Positions 10,056 through 22,443 of a DNA stretch of 64,000 nucleotides are shown here, piece by piece; position 1 is the first letter of the stretch; each line of letters starts with the position of its first letter. The notes below the pieces were generated by a model. The model was not told the origin of the DNA, searched no databases, and saw nothing but the letters and a program-made list of their open reading frames with translations. The DNA lies in contig JAGZQO010000005.1 in assembly GCA_018382125.1 (NCBI GenBank), positions 11,195 through 75,194 of the forward strand, in the 5' to 3' direction. This DNA is from Collinsella sp. Its GTDB lineage: Bacteria; Actinomycetota; Coriobacteriia; Coriobacteriales; Coriobacteriaceae. The translations under genes were made by a program, and so were the position numbers.

Positions 10056-11717
10056 CTACTCGATCGAGAAGATCACGGGATAGAGCGGCTGCTCGCCACG
10101 ATGGGCGTCAATCTCCAGATCGGGCTGAGCCTCCTCGATAGCGTCGACGATCTCCTGGAAGGCCTCATCGGACAGCTCCTCGCCGGCCAGAATCGTCAGC
10201 GCGTCGCCCTCCTCTTCCTCCTGCATGCGGTTGATGCAGTCGAGCGTGACCTGCTTCACGTCGGAGCCGACCACGTCGATGGAGCCGGCGATGATACCCA
10301 TGACGTCACCGGAGTGAATCGGAGAACCGTCAGAGGCACTGGAGTCGCGCACGGCGCGGGTGACCTCGCCATCGCGGACCTCGCTGATGGCGTCGACCAT
10401 GGCGGCGACGGCATCCTCGAGCTCGGAATCGGGCAGGACCGCGAACAGCGCGGAGAAGGCCTGCGGGACGGTCTTGGTGGGAACGACGGCGACCTTCTTG
10501 TCGGTGCAGGCTGAGGCAGCAGCCTCAGCGGCCATGCGGATGTTGCCGTTGTTGGGCAAGATGATGACCGAGGTCGCGTTGACCTGGTCCACCGCGCCCA
10601 GCAGGTCGGCGGTCGAGGGATTCATAGTCTGGCCACCGGACACGATCACGTCGACGCCGAGGGACTTGAGGATGTCGGCCTCGCCGGAACCGGCGGCAAC
10701 GGCGACAAAGCCCAGCGCCTTGGCGGGCTCGGCGGCCTTTTCCTGATCCTCGTGGATCTTGGCGGTACGGTCGTGGGCCTCCATCTCCATGTTGTGGATA
10801 AAGACCTCATAGATCTGACCGAGCTGCAGCATGTGCTCGAGCACCAGGTTGGGGGTGTTGGAGTGCACGTGAATCTTGTAGTCGGGGTAGGCACCCACGA
10901 GCAGCTCGCAGTCGCCCATGGAACCCAGGAACTTAAGGCACTCGTCCTCGTCAAACGGGGCGTCGGCCTTAAACAGGAACTCGTTGCAGTAGCGGAACTC
11001 CGAGCCCTCCCAATCGTCGTTGGCCTCGATCTCAACGCGACCAAGGGCCGCGTCGCGGGCAGAGCCAGCGGAATCAAACGTGGCGGAGAAATCCTCGACA
11101 ACGGTACTGCGGCCAAGTGCTGCAGCCACAAAGTTCTCAAGGAAGATGGCGAAGCCAAAGGCGCCGGAGTCGACCACGCCGTTCTCCTTCAGAACGGGCA
11201 ACAGATCGGGTGTGCGGGCGACGGACTGGTACGCCTCAACGACGATGGCATCGAGCGCATCCTCAGCCGAGAACTTCTTCTTCTCGCACTCATCGGCCTT
11301 GGTCGAGACATCGCGCAGGACCGTGAGGATCGTGCCCTCGATGGGCTTGCGGACGGCCTGGAAGGCGACCTTGACGGCGCGACGGAAGGCGAAGGCAATG
11401 TTGGCGGACGTAATGGGCTCATCGGCAGAGACAAGGCCCTCGGCCACGCCGCGCAGAATCTGCGAGGTGATGACGCCGGAGTTACCGCGGGCGCCCATAA
11501 GGGAGCCGTGGGTGATGGCGCCTGCGATGGCCTCCATGTCGGCATCGGCAGGAAGGGCGGAAAGCTCCTTGGTCACCGAGGCGAGCGTGAGCGACATGTT
11601 GGTGCCGGTATCGCCATCGGGTACGGGGAAGACGTTGAGCTTGTTGATCTCCTCGGCCTTGTCGGAAACGGCAGCCGCAGCGATCGGAAAACAGGTGCGA
11701 ATGGTCTTTGCAATCAT
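10056..11717 (-). CDS. DAK2-domain protein (fatty-acid kinase FakA/YloV family)
   Basis: LNVFPVPDGDTGTNM, GARGNSGVI, GGQTMNPS. Confidence 0.93.
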   Translation of the reverse strand: MIAKTIRTCFPIAAAAVSDKAEEINKLNVFPVPDGDTGTNMSLTLASVTKELSALPADADMEAIAGAITHGSLMGARGNSGVITSQILRGVAEGLVSADEPITSANIAFAFRRAVKVAFQAVRKPIEGTILTVLRDVSTKADECEKKKFSAEDALDAIVVEAYQSVARTPDLLPVLKENGVVDSGAFGFAIFLENFVAAALGRSTVVEDFSATFDSAGSARDAALGRVEIEANDDWEGSEFRYCNEFLFKADAPFDEDECLKFLGSMGDCELLVGAYPDYKIHVHSNTPNLVLEHMLQLGQIYEVFIHNMEMEAHDRTAKIHEDQEKAAEPAKALGFVAVAAGSGEADILKSLGVDVIVSGGQTMNPSTADLLGAVDQVNATSVIILPNNGNIRMAAEAAASACTDKKVAVVPTKTVPQAFSALFAVLPDSELEDAVAAMVDAISEVRDGEVTRAVRDSSASDGSPIHSGDVMGIIAGSIDVVGSDVKQVTLDCINRMQEEEEGDALTILAGEELSDEAFQEIVDAIEEAQPDLEIDAHRGEQPLYPVIFSIE

Positions 11718-11744
11718 GGGTATTTGAATCTCCGTTTTCGGATG

Positions 11745-12101
11745 CTAGTTCAGACGGCTCTTGAGCGCGTCGATGTGGATGCCGATCTTAAGGCTAGCGG
11801 GATCGATCTGGGCGACCTCCTGCAGAGTGAAGGCAACGGAACTCGAAAGATTGTGGCAGACGGACTTCATGTTGACGCCGTTCTCGAGCACGACGTGAAG
11901 ATCGACCGTAAGGCCGTTCTCGTCGGCGGAGACAAGCACGCCCTTGCGGAGGCGCTGACCGGCAAGCAGGCGCACGCTCTCGGCGCCCTGGAGCTGCTCA
12001 GCCATACCGACGACGCCATAGCACGTCATCGCGGCATAACCGGCAATATCGGCAATAACGTCGTTCGAGACGCTCAGGCTGCCGTTAATGGTCTCAGACA
12101 C
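11745..12101 (-). CDS. Asp23/Gls24 family protein (YloU-like)
   Basis: VIADIAGYAAMTCYGVVGM motif; GTG start with AAGGAG RBS; upstream of DAK2 gene. Confidence 0.88.
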   Translation of the reverse strand: MSETINGSLSVSNDVIADIAGYAAMTCYGVVGMAEQLQGAESVRLLAGQRLRKGVLVSADENGLTVDLHVVLENGVNMKSVCHNLSSSVAFTLQEVAQIDPASLKIGIHIDALKSRLN

Positions 12102-12258
12102 AAGAATCTCCTTATCTGGTGCTCGCGGCACCATGTCGTGGGAGCAATCATTGCAATATTCTACAACGAGCGCGCCGTGTTGAGGTGGTGGGTCGCGGGA
12201 TTACATCCTCGACACGAAATGTTGATATGGTAACGTTCGCGAACGGCGACCGCGACAT

Positions 12259-12290
12259 GAAAAAACCCGCCGCATAAGCGACGGGTTTTA
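12259..12290 (-). terminator. Intrinsic terminator after the tRNA-Asn pair
   Basis: AAAACCCG...CGGGTTTT hairpin followed by a U-run on the minus strand. Confidence 0.7.
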
Positions 12291-12295
12291 CAACC

Positions 12296-12370
12296 TGGCT
12301 CCCCGGGTAGGACTCGAACCTACAACAGCGCGGTTAACAGCCGCGTGCTCTACCATTGAGCTACCGAGGA
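12296..12370 (-). tRNA. tRNA-Asn (GTT), copy 2
   Basis: 75-nt cloverleaf TCCTCGGTAGCTCAATGG...CTGTTAA...GGTTCGAGTCC...GGGGAGCCA. Confidence 0.97.
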
Positions 12371-12403
12371 ATTTAAAGCCCAACGGAAAGGGCTGATAAA
12401 TTC

Positions 12404-12478
12404 TGGCTCCCCGGGTAGGACTCGAACCTACAACAGCGCGGTTAACAGCCGCGTGCTCTACCATTGAGCTACCGAGGA
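12404..12478 (-). tRNA. tRNA-Asn (GTT), copy 1
   Basis: Identical to the copy at 12296-12370; encoded CCA. Confidence 0.97.
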
Positions 12479-12508
12479 ATAGGTGCGTGCTCTCAAGCAA
12501 CGAAGTTT

Positions 12509-12536
12509 ATTATACGGACGAATCAGCTCAGGGCAA
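12509..12536 (-). promoter_or_regulatory. Sigma-A type promoter of the tRNA-Asn pair
   Basis: TTGCCC-16 nt-TATAAT with an A/T-rich UP-like tract upstream. Confidence 0.7.
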
Positions 12537-12562
12537 GAACTTTTTTAAGAAATTTTCCGACC

Positions 12563-12618
12563 TAGTCATTGGGGACGTTCTTAAACGACCAGTCATTCAA
12601 GAATGTCCCCAACGACTA
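12563..12618. repeat. 56-bp near-perfect palindrome (REP-like)
   Basis: tagtc-ttggggac-ttctt ... aagaa-gtccccaa-gacta. Confidence 0.7.
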
Positions 12619-12623
12619 CATGA

Positions 12624-12660
12624 AAGCGCCCCCAAGCGGATGTGCTTGAGGGCGCTTCTT
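12624..12660 (-). terminator. Putative rpoD terminator
   Basis: aagcgccc..caagc / gcttg..gggcgctt hairpin directly after the stop codon. Confidence 0.6.
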
Positions 12661-12666
12661 GCTTGA

Positions 12667-14031
<1,365 letters not shown>

Positions 14032-14126
14032 AGTCCACAGGACTCAATACTTTAGCACACACATTGACGTCTATACCCAAAAAGAGGACTGGATATAGGC
14101 GAGAATACGCTGGTTGACCACAACAT

Positions 14127-16235
14127 CTAGGCTTGTTCGGTGCCCGCGGCCTCCAGGCCGATCAAACGGAACGGGTCCGCCACGCCGCCGATCGACTTTT
14201 GCAGTTCGCGTTGACGCTGCGAATCCTGCGCGGCCTGAACGGTCAGCGCGCGACGGGCCTCATCATCGAGTGAACGGTCCTGGCGCAGCTTGGCCTGTGC
14301 AGCACGCATGCGGCGCTTGATGGTGTAGAGCTCGAGCGTATCGAGCATAAACACGATGTTCGTCTCGGTGGGGTGCTTGCTCGTCGCCGAGATGCGCCCG
14401 GCACTCACAAGCGTTGCCGCATCGGGACACACCGAGCGCGCCGCATCCATGCAGGCTGCAGGATCGGTTCCCGGCGGCGTTGCCAGAACGGCCCACGCGA
14501 TGGACTCGTGACGTGAGTCAACCCACTCGATGGAGCAGATGCGGTCGGCATACGTGCGGAACAGGTCGGGATAGCTCGTGAGCATGGTCAGCAGCTCGCG
14601 CTCCCCTGCCAAGGACTTGCGCTCCAGATCGGTAAGAACCATCGGCGCCGCCGCAGCCGGTGCGCCCAAACCATCAGCCACAGGCACAGCGCCCACACCA
14701 TCGGGCACATCGATTGGCGGCAAGTCGTCAACGACCTCCACTGGTGCAGCGCCATAGGCATCGAGCGGGACGCAGTCGTACGGTTCTTCCTCGACCGGCG
14801 CCGCTACGGCCGGAGTCGCGCCCGAAGCCCAAGCACCACGAGATGTCCCCTGCGAACCAGACGCCCGACCGCCCGCGCTACCGGACCGCTCAGCCTGTGC
14901 CCGCTGGCGCTCATAGTTCTGCTCACGACGTCGTTCCGCATCCTCGCGCTTGGCGACATCGCGAAACACACGGCCCGAGCTCGCACGCACCGTCTCCAGA
15001 TCCAAACCCAGCAGATCGGCAATCTGGATAAAGTACGTATCGATCATATAGCTATCGCGCAGCGGATAGATGAGCGTGAGAGCGTCCTCCAGCGCCTTGG
15101 CGCGACCGCCCGGCGTGGTGATATCGCTCGACTCCTGCAGCGAACGGTACACGAAGTCCATGAGCGGCTCGGCAGCGTCGATGCGCGCCTGCAGTGCCTC
15201 ACCACCATGCGCCGTAATGAACTCCATGGGATCGTTACCGTCGGGCAGCACCACGCAGCGCAGGTCCATAGAATCCTGCTCGATAAACTGAATCGCACGG
15301 CGAGCAGCCTTTTGACCGGCGGCATCGCCGTCAAACATATACACGATGCGCTTGGCAAAACGGGTGAGCGTCTTGACGTGATGCTCCGTGAGCGCGGTGC
15401 CCAGCGTAGCGACAACGTTTTTAATCCCCGCCTCCCAACAGGCGATGCAGTCGGTATAGCCCTCCACCACGATGGCAGTATCCTGCGCGACGATAAACTC
15501 CTTGGCCCAATTAAAACCGTAGAGGTTTCGTTTTTTATGAAACACGCTCGTCTCGGCGGTATTGAGGTACTTAGGCTGGCCGTCGCCCATAATACGACCG
15601 CCAAAGGCAATATTGTGACCCTGCTCGTCAAAGATGGGAAACATCACGCGGTCGTAAAAGCGGTCGGCAAGCTGCCCGCGCCCGCGGCTCACGGCAACGT
15701 TGGCATCGATCATCTCCTGCGGGGTAAAACCCGCCTGGGACAGGTGCGACACCAGCGCGTTACGGCCCGGTGCAAAGCCCAGGCAGTAGCGGCGGCAGAC
15801 GTCGCCACCCATGCCGCGGCTGGCAAAGTACTCGCGCGGACGGCCGTCCTTACCGCGCATAAGCATGGTGTGGTAGAACTGGGCGGTCTCGGCGCACAAA
15901 TCGTAGATGCGGGCACGCTTGGTGCCGCGCTCGCGGCGATCTCCGGTGTCATGCAGCTCAATACCCGCGCGATCGGCCAAATAACGGATTGACTCGGGAA
16001 AGCTCAGGTTCTCGCGCTTCATGATATACGTGAAAACGTCGCCACCCTCGCCGCAGCCAAAGCAATGCCACACCTGCGTGGCGGGGATAATGTGGAAGGA
16101 CGGCGTCTTTTCGCCATGGAAGGGGCAGCATCCCCAAAACTCATGGCCGCGGGGCTTGAGCTCGACCGTTTCCTGCACGATGGCAACCAGGTCAGACGCA
16201 GCGCGTACCTGGTCTTTTTCCTCATCGCTAATCAC
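14127..16235 (-). CDS. dnaG: DNA primase
   Basis: CPFHGEKTPSF/HCFGC zinc finger, PKYLN, VEGYTD, FDGDAAG TOPRIM; long low-complexity linker. Confidence 0.97.
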   Translation of the reverse strand: MISDEEKDQVRAASDLVAIVQETVELKPRGHEFWGCCPFHGEKTPSFHIIPATQVWHCFGCGEGGDVFTYIMKRENLSFPESIRYLADRAGIELHDTGDRRERGTKRARIYDLCAETAQFYHTMLMRGKDGRPREYFASRGMGGDVCRRYCLGFAPGRNALVSHLSQAGFTPQEMIDANVAVSRGRGQLADRFYDRVMFPIFDEQGHNIAFGGRIMGDGQPKYLNTAETSVFHKKRNLYGFNWAKEFIVAQDTAIVVEGYTDCIACWEAGIKNVVATLGTALTEHHVKTLTRFAKRIVYMFDGDAAGQKAARRAIQFIEQDSMDLRCVVLPDGNDPMEFITAHGGEALQARIDAAEPLMDFVYRSLQESSDITTPGGRAKALEDALTLIYPLRDSYMIDTYFIQIADLLGLDLETVRASSGRVFRDVAKREDAERRREQNYERQRAQAERSGSAGGRASGSQGTSRGAWASGATPAVAAPVEEEPYDCVPLDAYGAAPVEVVDDLPPIDVPDGVGAVPVADGLGAPAAAAPMVLTDLERKSLAGERELLTMLTSYPDLFRTYADRICSIEWVDSRHESIAWAVLATPPGTDPAACMDAARSVCPDAATLVSAGRISATSKHPTETNIVFMLDTLELYTIKRRMRAAQAKLRQDRSLDDEARRALTVQAAQDSQRQRELQKSIGGVADPFRLIGLEAAGTEQA

Positions 16236-17235
16236 GGATGCTCACCCCCTGCTTGCCCAAGTTGTGACGAATGTCCTCGATATTACCCTCGACGGTCGCG
16301 ATCAACTCATCCAGCGAATCGAACACGTGCGACGGACGCAGCCAACGCGTAAACGCCAGCGAAACAGAAGAGCCGTACAGGTCGCCCGTATAACCAATTA
16401 AATTAGCCTCGAGATGCGCCGAAGCGACATCGTCGGCATACGTCGGCGGCAGTCCGACGTTCACGGCAGCGGGCCACGCGGTGTCATCGACCAGCACCAG
16501 ACCCTCATACACGCCATCGGCAGGCACCTGAATACCGTCGGGAACCTGCAGGTTTGCCGTGGGAAAGCCCATGCCAGAACCCTCGTGACGGCCGCGAATA
16601 ACACCGCCACGCACCATATACGGACGGCCGAGTAACTCAGCAGCAAGCTCCACATGGCCCTGTCCCAGCTCATGACGAATGCGGGTGGCGCAAATGGCCT
16701 CACCGCCCTCGCAAAGCAGGTCGTGACCATACACGTCAACGCCGCGCTCGGCACCCCAGGCGCGCATCTCGTCAACACCAGAAGCACCGCCACGACCCAG
16801 CCTAAAGTCGCTGCCAACGCGAATCGATCGAATGTCGACCAGACGCGACACCAGCGAGAGAAAAGCAACATGGTCAAGCGCCGCAACCTCAGGCGTAAAG
16901 GGAACGGCCACCACCGCATCGACCCCAGTTTGAGCCAGGGCATGCAGACGGTCGGCCGTCGTCATCAATTTTTGAGCGGGCGAAGGGCTCACCACGACGT
17001 CCGGGTCGGGATCGAAGGTAACTACGACCGCCTTGCAGCCATGGGCACGGGCATCACGGACAAGCGCCGCAATGAGCTCCTGGTGTCCACGGTGCACGCC
17101 ATCGAACACGCCGATGGCAATCGATGCGGCACCCAGGTGCTCACACTTATCAAACACATCGGCAGTAACGATGCGAGCCTCTTCCGACTCGCCGGCGAAA
17201 AAGATACGCGCGAGCTCGCGAGCGGCCAGCATCAT
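16228..17235 (-). CDS. ribF: Bifunctional riboflavin kinase/FAD synthetase
   Basis: GVFDGVHRGH, GFPTAN, NVG..PT motifs. Confidence 0.95.
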   Translation of the reverse strand: MMLAARELARIFFAGESEEARIVTADVFDKCEHLGAASIAIGVFDGVHRGHQELIAALVRDARAHGCKAVVVTFDPDPDVVVSPSPAQKLMTTADRLHALAQTGVDAVVAVPFTPEVAALDHVAFLSLVSRLVDIRSIRVGSDFRLGRGGASGVDEMRAWGAERGVDVYGHDLLCEGGEAICATRIRHELGQGHVELAAELLGRPYMVRGGVIRGRHEGSGMGFPTANLQVPDGIQVPADGVYEGLVLVDDTAWPAAVNVGLPPTYADDVASAHLEANLIGYTGDLYGSSVSLAFTRWLRPSHVFDSLDELIATVEGNIEDIRHNLGKQGVSIRD

Positions 17236-18164
17236 CGAACACCGCCGATGGCCTGCGGAAACACGTGCTCCATGACAAAGCGGCCACCCTCAATGCGGGC
17301 GAGCGCCTTGAGCCCCCCATCGAGCACCAACGCAAACGGCGCCTTCGAGGCATCGAAATCGGCAAGCGCACGCTCAACGGGAATGCGTCGGCCGCAGAGC
17401 AGGTCGTCGGCAAGATTGCCCGGCAAGTCAACACGCGTGGCGCCCAGGGCTGCAATGGGATCCAGGGCAAAGCCAGCCGCGGACTCGGGAGAAAGCTCCT
17501 CGACCGCATGACAAGCGCCAATGGAAACAACACCGGAAGCCGTGCGGCGCAGCGCGGAAATATGCGCGGCGCTATCGCAAGCGCGGCCCAGGTCGCGAGC
17601 GAGCGCACGGATATAGGTGCCCTTGCTCACCGAGAACGCCACGGTCCACACACACGTATCACCTTCGCCGCCCACGGCGATCAGGTCGGCGGCATAGACC
17701 TCGACGGGGCGCGGAGGTAGGTCCACCGCATTGCCCTCGCGAGCAGACTTGTAGGCGCGAACGCCATTGACCGAGATAGCCGAAAACGCCGGCGGCACCT
17801 GCATCTGCGGACCCAGCACGGCGGCCAAGTGCTCACGGGCAAAGGCAGGATCGCGCAGCTCGTTGCCAACAGCCACCGTGCGGACCGCCTCGCCCTCCGC
17901 ATCATCGGTATTGGTCTCGGCGCCAAACGAAATGTCGGCGACATAGCTTTTGGTATCGAGGGTAAGCATGCCCAGCAGACGGGTGGCCTGGCCCACGCCC
18001 ACCACCATGACACCGGATGCCATGGGGTCGAGCGTGCCGGCATGGCCGACGCGCCGCTCATGGAGGGCGCGTCGGCATTGCGAAACCACGTCATGGGACG
18101 TGCAGCCCACCGGCTTATCGACGGCGAGTAGCATATTCAATTGAGAAGGCGTTCGACGAGCCAT
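17232..18164 (-). CDS. truB: tRNA pseudouridine(55) synthase
   Basis: VGHAGTLDPMASG, SKGTYIRALARD. Confidence 0.97.
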   Translation of the reverse strand: MARRTPSQLNMLLAVDKPVGCTSHDVVSQCRRALHERRVGHAGTLDPMASGVMVVGVGQATRLLGMLTLDTKSYVADISFGAETNTDDAEGEAVRTVAVGNELRDPAFAREHLAAVLGPQMQVPPAFSAISVNGVRAYKSAREGNAVDLPPRPVEVYAADLIAVGGEGDTCVWTVAFSVSKGTYIRALARDLGRACDSAAHISALRRTASGVVSIGACHAVEELSPESAAGFALDPIAALGATRVDLPGNLADDLLCGRRIPVERALADFDASKAPFALVLDGGLKALARIEGGRFVMEHVFPQAIGGVR

Positions 18165-18179
18165 GTACCATCCAATTAG

Positions 18180-19223
18180 TTAGAGCTCGACGGTCACCGA
18201 AGCGGGATCCTCCCCCACCAGCTCGGCCAGCATGGGAAGTGCCACGGCGAGCGTCTCGCGAATCGTTCCGTTGTTGGAGAAACCGGCGGCAGCATGATGC
18301 CCGCCACCGCCAAAGTTGGCAGCAATCTCGGACACATCGAGGTCGCCCTTGGAGCGCAGGTTGCCACGCACCTTGGTATCGCCCTCAATGCCCTTTAAGA
18401 ACATGCAAACCTCGACGCCCATCACCGAACGCACCACATCGACCAGGCCGTCGCACTCGTCCGAGGTGACACCGCAGGCCTCAAGGTCGCTCTGGTAGGC
18501 ATAGCTATACGCCACGCGCCCATGCGCGACCGTCTTAATGCGACCCATGACAATGGACTTGAGGTGCAAAAACTCAACGCGCATGCTCTGATAGACCTCG
18601 AGCGCAACGCGCGCCGGATCGGCACCGTGCGCCACCAGGCGCGAGGCCGCATGGAACGCGGCGGCATCGGCGTTTTGGTACTGAAAACGGCCGGTATCGG
18701 TCACCAAGCCGCACAGCAAGCAGGTCGCGACGCCATCACGTGCGACAATGCCGCAATTGTCCAAGAAACGGTCGATGATCATGGCGCAGGCCGCGGCATC
18801 GACGCGCCTCAGACTGAGCTCGGCAAACTCCTCGCGCGCCGGATGATGATCGAAGCACACCACATGCTTGGAGCGACGAAGCACCTCGGCAGAATTATTG
18901 AGGCGCTCGACGACCGGTACGTCCACCGAGATGAACAGGTCAGGATTGCCGGCGTACGCAGATGCCGGCACCAGGCGATCGGAGCCTTCCATAAAGCGGT
19001 AGATACGCGGAACCGGGTCATCGTCTGCCAGCAGCAGCGCAATGTCCTTGTTGGGGAAAAACTTCATGAGCGAAAGGCCCAGACCCAATACGGAGCCCAA
19101 GGCGTCGCCATCGGGAGAAGTATGTCCCGAAATCGCAATGGAGGACGCACCCTCGATGAGCTCGAGGATGCGTCGCTGAATATCTGCAGACTCGCACGAG
19201 GCGAGGTCGGCGGAATTAGTCAT
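18180..19223 (-). CDS. DHH family phosphoesterase (NrnA-like oligoribonuclease/pAp phosphatase)
   Basis: HTSPDGDALGS, DHH, DTGRF, GGGGHHAAAG. Confidence 0.92.
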   Translation of the reverse strand: MTNSADLASCESADIQRRILELIEGASSIAISGHTSPDGDALGSVLGLGLSLMKFFPNKDIALLLADDDPVPRIYRFMEGSDRLVPASAYAGNPDLFISVDVPVVERLNNSAEVLRRSKHVVCFDHHPAREEFAELSLRRVDAAACAMIIDRFLDNCGIVARDGVATCLLCGLVTDTGRFQYQNADAAAFHAASRLVAHGADPARVALEVYQSMRVEFLHLKSIVMGRIKTVAHGRVAYSYAYQSDLEACGVTSDECDGLVDVVRSVMGVEVCMFLKGIEGDTKVRGNLRSKGDLDVSEIAANFGGGGHHAAAGFSNNGTIRETLAVALPMLAELVGEDPASVTVEL

Positions 19224-19626
19224 CTAAAGCTGCCTCCTGGGCGGCATCCGCTATCGGATAGCCGTCCTCGTCCTTTTCGATCGCAAGCGTGGCGGGAACG
19301 TTTTCCAGCGCACGCGTGATGCGCTCGGCCTCATCGGTCGAGCGATCGATGCGAAAATCGAGCTCGGGCGTAACACGCCAATCGAGCGAGCGAGCCAACA
19401 GGCTGCGAATACGGCCCTTAGCGCTAGCGAGCGCCTCCATGACCTCGTCGTAGCGGCTCGCATCGCACGACACGTACACGCGCGCGAACGAACGGTCCAC
19501 CGCGACTTCGACCGCGGTCAAAGTAACCAGGTCGAGACGCGGATCGGAAACCTCAAAGAGCAGGATATAACCGAGCTTCTCGCGAAGCTGCTCGCCCAGT
19601 CGGCGGGTTGCCTGCGTTTGCTTCAT
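19216..19626 (-). CDS. rbfA: Ribosome-binding factor A
   Basis: DPRL, RVTPELDF motifs; follows infB. Confidence 0.95.
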   Translation of the reverse strand: MKQTQATRRLGEQLREKLGYILLFEVSDPRLDLVTLTAVEVAVDRSFARVYVSCDASRYDEVMEALASAKGRIRSLLARSLDWRVTPELDFRIDRSTDEAERITRALENVPATLAIEKDEDGYPIADAAQEAALDD

Positions 19627-19637
19627 AGCGCTACCCC

Positions 19638-22352
19638 CTACTCGGTACGGGCAACCTGGTCGATACGGTAACCCTCGATCTGGTCACCGGGCTTGATGTC
19701 CTGGAAGTTCTCCAGGCCAATACCGCCCTCGGAACCGCTCTTGAGGCTCTTGGCCTCGTCCTTGTAGTGGCGCATCGAGGCGATCTTGCCGTTGAAGACC
19801 ACGATGCCGTCGCGCACCAGACGCACGGAATCGGTCGCGGCGATCTCGCCCTCCTCGACGCGGACACCGGCGGCGATACCGACTTTGGGCACCTTGAAGG
19901 TGTCCAGGACGGTCGCGGTACCCGTGGCGACCTCGACCTCGGTGGGCTTGAGCATGCCGATACGGGCGGCGTCGAGCTCCTCGAGGCACTTGTAGATGAC
20001 GTCGTAGCAACGGATCTCGACGCCCTCGCGCTCGGCGGCGGAGCGAGCCTTACCGTCGGGACGGACGCCAAAGCCGATGATGATGGCGTTGGAGGCGTCG
20101 GCCAGGACGACGTCGGTCTCGTTGATGGCGCCAACGGCGGAGTGGATCGTGTTGATGCGAACCTCGGACTGATCCATCTTGTCGAGCGAGTCCTGAAGAG
20201 CTTCGATGGAACCCTGGACGTCGGCCTTGATGATCAGGTTGAGCTCCTTGACCTCGGCGTCGGCGATGGTCTCGAAGAGGTTCTCGAGCGTGACGTGCCT
20301 GACGCGGCTCTGCTCCTCGATACGGGCCTTCAGCGAACGCTCGTCGGCCAGGGCGCGTGCCTCGCGCTCGTCCTCGAACACGCGGAACTCGTCGCCGGCG
20401 TTGGGCACGGACTGCAGGCCCAGGATCTCGACGGCGTCGGAGGGACCGGCCTCGGTGACGGCGCGGCCCTTGGGGTCGAGCATGGCGCGGACGCGGCCGT
20501 AGGTAAGGCCGGCGACCAGCGTATCGCCCACGTGCAGGGTACCGCGGGTCACGAGCACGGTAGCGACCGAGCCGCGGCCCTTGTCGAGCTTGGCCTCGAG
20601 GACGTTGCCGGAGGCAAAGGTGTCCGGGTTGGCCTTGAGCTCGAGCACGTCGGCCTGGAGCAGCACGGTCTCCAGAAGTTCGTCGATACCGATCTTCTGC
20701 TTAGCCGAGATGTTGACGAACATGTTCTGTCCGCCCCACTCCTCGGGGATGACTCCGTACTCGGTGAGCTCCTGACGCACACGGTCGGGGTTGGCGCCCG
20801 GCTTATCGATCTTGTTGACGGCGACGACGATGGGTACGCCGGCGGCCTTGGCGTGGTTGATCGACTCGACGGTCTGGGGCATGACGCCGTCGTCGGCAGC
20901 CACGATCAGAATGACGATGTCGGTCACCTTGGCGCCACGGGCACGCATAGCCGTAAAGGTGGCGTGGCCCGGGGTATCGATGAAGGTGATCTTGCGGTCG
21001 TTGATCATGACCTGCGAAGCGCCGATGGCCTGCGTAATGCCGCCCGCCTCGCCGGCAGCAACGCCGGTGTGACGGATGGCGTCGAGCAGCGACGTCTTGC
21101 CATGGTCGACGTGGCCCATGACGGTGACGACCGGGGCGCGCGGCTTGAGGTCGGCGGGATCGTCGTAGAACGAGAAGGTGTTCTCCTCCTCGGGGGTGAT
21201 GATCTTGATCTGACGGCCCAGGTCGTCGGCAACGAGCTCGACAAGGTCGTCGGACATGGACTGCGTCATCGTGAGCGGAGTACCCAGCAGGAACAGGCGC
21301 TTGATGATGTCGTTGGCCGGAACGTCGAGCGCCTCGGCAAGTTCCTGAACGGTAACGCCCTGGGAGACCTTGATGGCGTCGAGGTCCTCGGGGTTCACGC
21401 CCTGGGCCAGCGCCTCCTCTATCTTGCGCTCCTCCTGAGCCTTGGCAGCCTCGCGCTCGCGCTTCTCCTTGCGCTTCTTGCGGCGACCGGTGGACTCGCG
21501 AGAGGCCTCCTCGACGGCGGCACGAGCCTCCTCGAGCACCTTCTCGCGGCTGTACTCCTCGGCCTCGCGAGCCATGCGGCTGTAGTGGTCCTCTTCGTTG
21601 TTGTGACCGCCCTTGCGCTTCTTGCCCTTGCCCTGCTTGTCGGGGTTGGGGAAGTCCATGCCGGCAGCGACGTTGTTGCTGGCGTTGGTGCGATGGCTGT
21701 GCGGACGGCTCTCGGAGGCGTTGCGCTCGGAGTTGTTGTCGGAAGCGTTGCGATCGTTACGACGGCCACCGCGGCGGTCGTTGTTGCCGCCACGACGGTT
21801 ACCGCGCTCGGCGGCGCGCTCGGCCTTGGCCTTGTCCTCGGCGTCCTTCTTCTCCTTGAGCACGGTCTCCTGTGCGGCGATCTGGTCGAGCAGCGAACGG
21901 AAACGCGAACCGGAGTCGGAAGCGGGAACGGCGCGGCGCTGGGCCTCGCGGGCAGCCTCCTCCTTCTCGCGGGCAAGGCGCTCCTGCTCGGCCTTCTTCT
22001 TGGCCTCGGCCTCGGCGCGGGCAGCCTCCTCGGCAGCCTGGGCTGCAGCAAACTGGCGACGCTCCTCCTCGCGGGCCTTCTCGGCGGCGATGCGCTCGCG
22101 CTCGGCCTCGGCGGCGCGAGCGGCCTCCTCGGCGGCAGCTGCCTGCTCCTCGGCCTGCTTGGCGGCCTCGACTTCCTGGGCGCGGGCCTCGATCACCGAG
22201 GCGAGCTGCTTGCGGACCATGGCGACATAAGCGTCCTCCAAGGTGGAGGAAGCGGACTTAGCGGGAATCTTCATATCGGCGAGATGACCCATCAGTTCCT
22301 TGGAGGTCATGCCGAACTCTTTGGCCAGGGTGGACACACGGACTTTTGCCAT
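19638..22352 (-). CDS. infB: Translation initiation factor IF-2
   Basis: [24 protein letters not shown]. Confidence 0.98.
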   Translation of the reverse strand: MAKVRVSTLAKEFGMTSKELMGHLADMKIPAKSASSTLEDAYVAMVRKQLASVIEARAQEVEAAKQAEEQAAAAEEAARAAEAERERIAAEKAREEERRQFAAAQAAEEAARAEAEAKKKAEQERLAREKEEAAREAQRRAVPASDSGSRFRSLLDQIAAQETVLKEKKDAEDKAKAERAAERGNRRGGNNDRRGGRRNDRNASDNNSERNASESRPHSHRTNASNNVAAGMDFPNPDKQGKGKKRKGGHNNEEDHYSRMAREAEEYSREKVLEEARAAVEEASRESTGRRKKRKEKREREAAKAQEERKIEEALAQGVNPEDLDAIKVSQGVTVQELAEALDVPANDIIKRLFLLGTPLTMTQSMSDDLVELVADDLGRQIKIITPEEENTFSFYDDPADLKPRAPVVTVMGHVDHGKTSLLDAIRHTGVAAGEAGGITQAIGASQVMINDRKITFIDTPGHATFTAMRARGAKVTDIVILIVAADDGVMPQTVESINHAKAAGVPIVVAVNKIDKPGANPDRVRQELTEYGVIPEEWGGQNMFVNISAKQKIGIDELLETVLLQADVLELKANPDTFASGNVLEAKLDKGRGSVATVLVTRGTLHVGDTLVAGLTYGRVRAMLDPKGRAVTEAGPSDAVEILGLQSVPNAGDEFRVFEDEREARALADERSLKARIEEQSRVRHVTLENLFETIADAEVKELNLIIKADVQGSIEALQDSLDKMDQSEVRINTIHSAVGAINETDVVLADASNAIIIGFGVRPDGKARSAAEREGVEIRCYDVIYKCLEELDAARIGMLKPTEVEVATGTATVLDTFKVPKVGIAAGVRVEEGEIAATDSVRLVRDGIVVFNGKIASMRHYKDEAKSLKSGSEGGIGLENFQDIKPGDQIEGYRIDQVARTE

Positions 22353-22443
22353 ATGACTTCACCTACCCTTTCTGGCACCTTGGGTGCCTAGAGACTGAAC
22401 GAGCGTGGGAGACGCGCCGGGACCCGCCCGGCGCAAGCGCGCG

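Noticed and set aside
12288..12500. 70-aa ORF with an internal repeat, and a direct repeat that could be taken for CRISPR
   Set aside because: It is the tandem tRNA-Asn pair
19767..22391. 874-aa plus-strand ORF (likewise 24422-27139, 10752-12233, 12709-13947, 22405-23718, 27246-28685, 35010-36662)
   Set aside because: Antisense shadows of well-supported genes, caused by high-GC codon bias; no recognisable motifs
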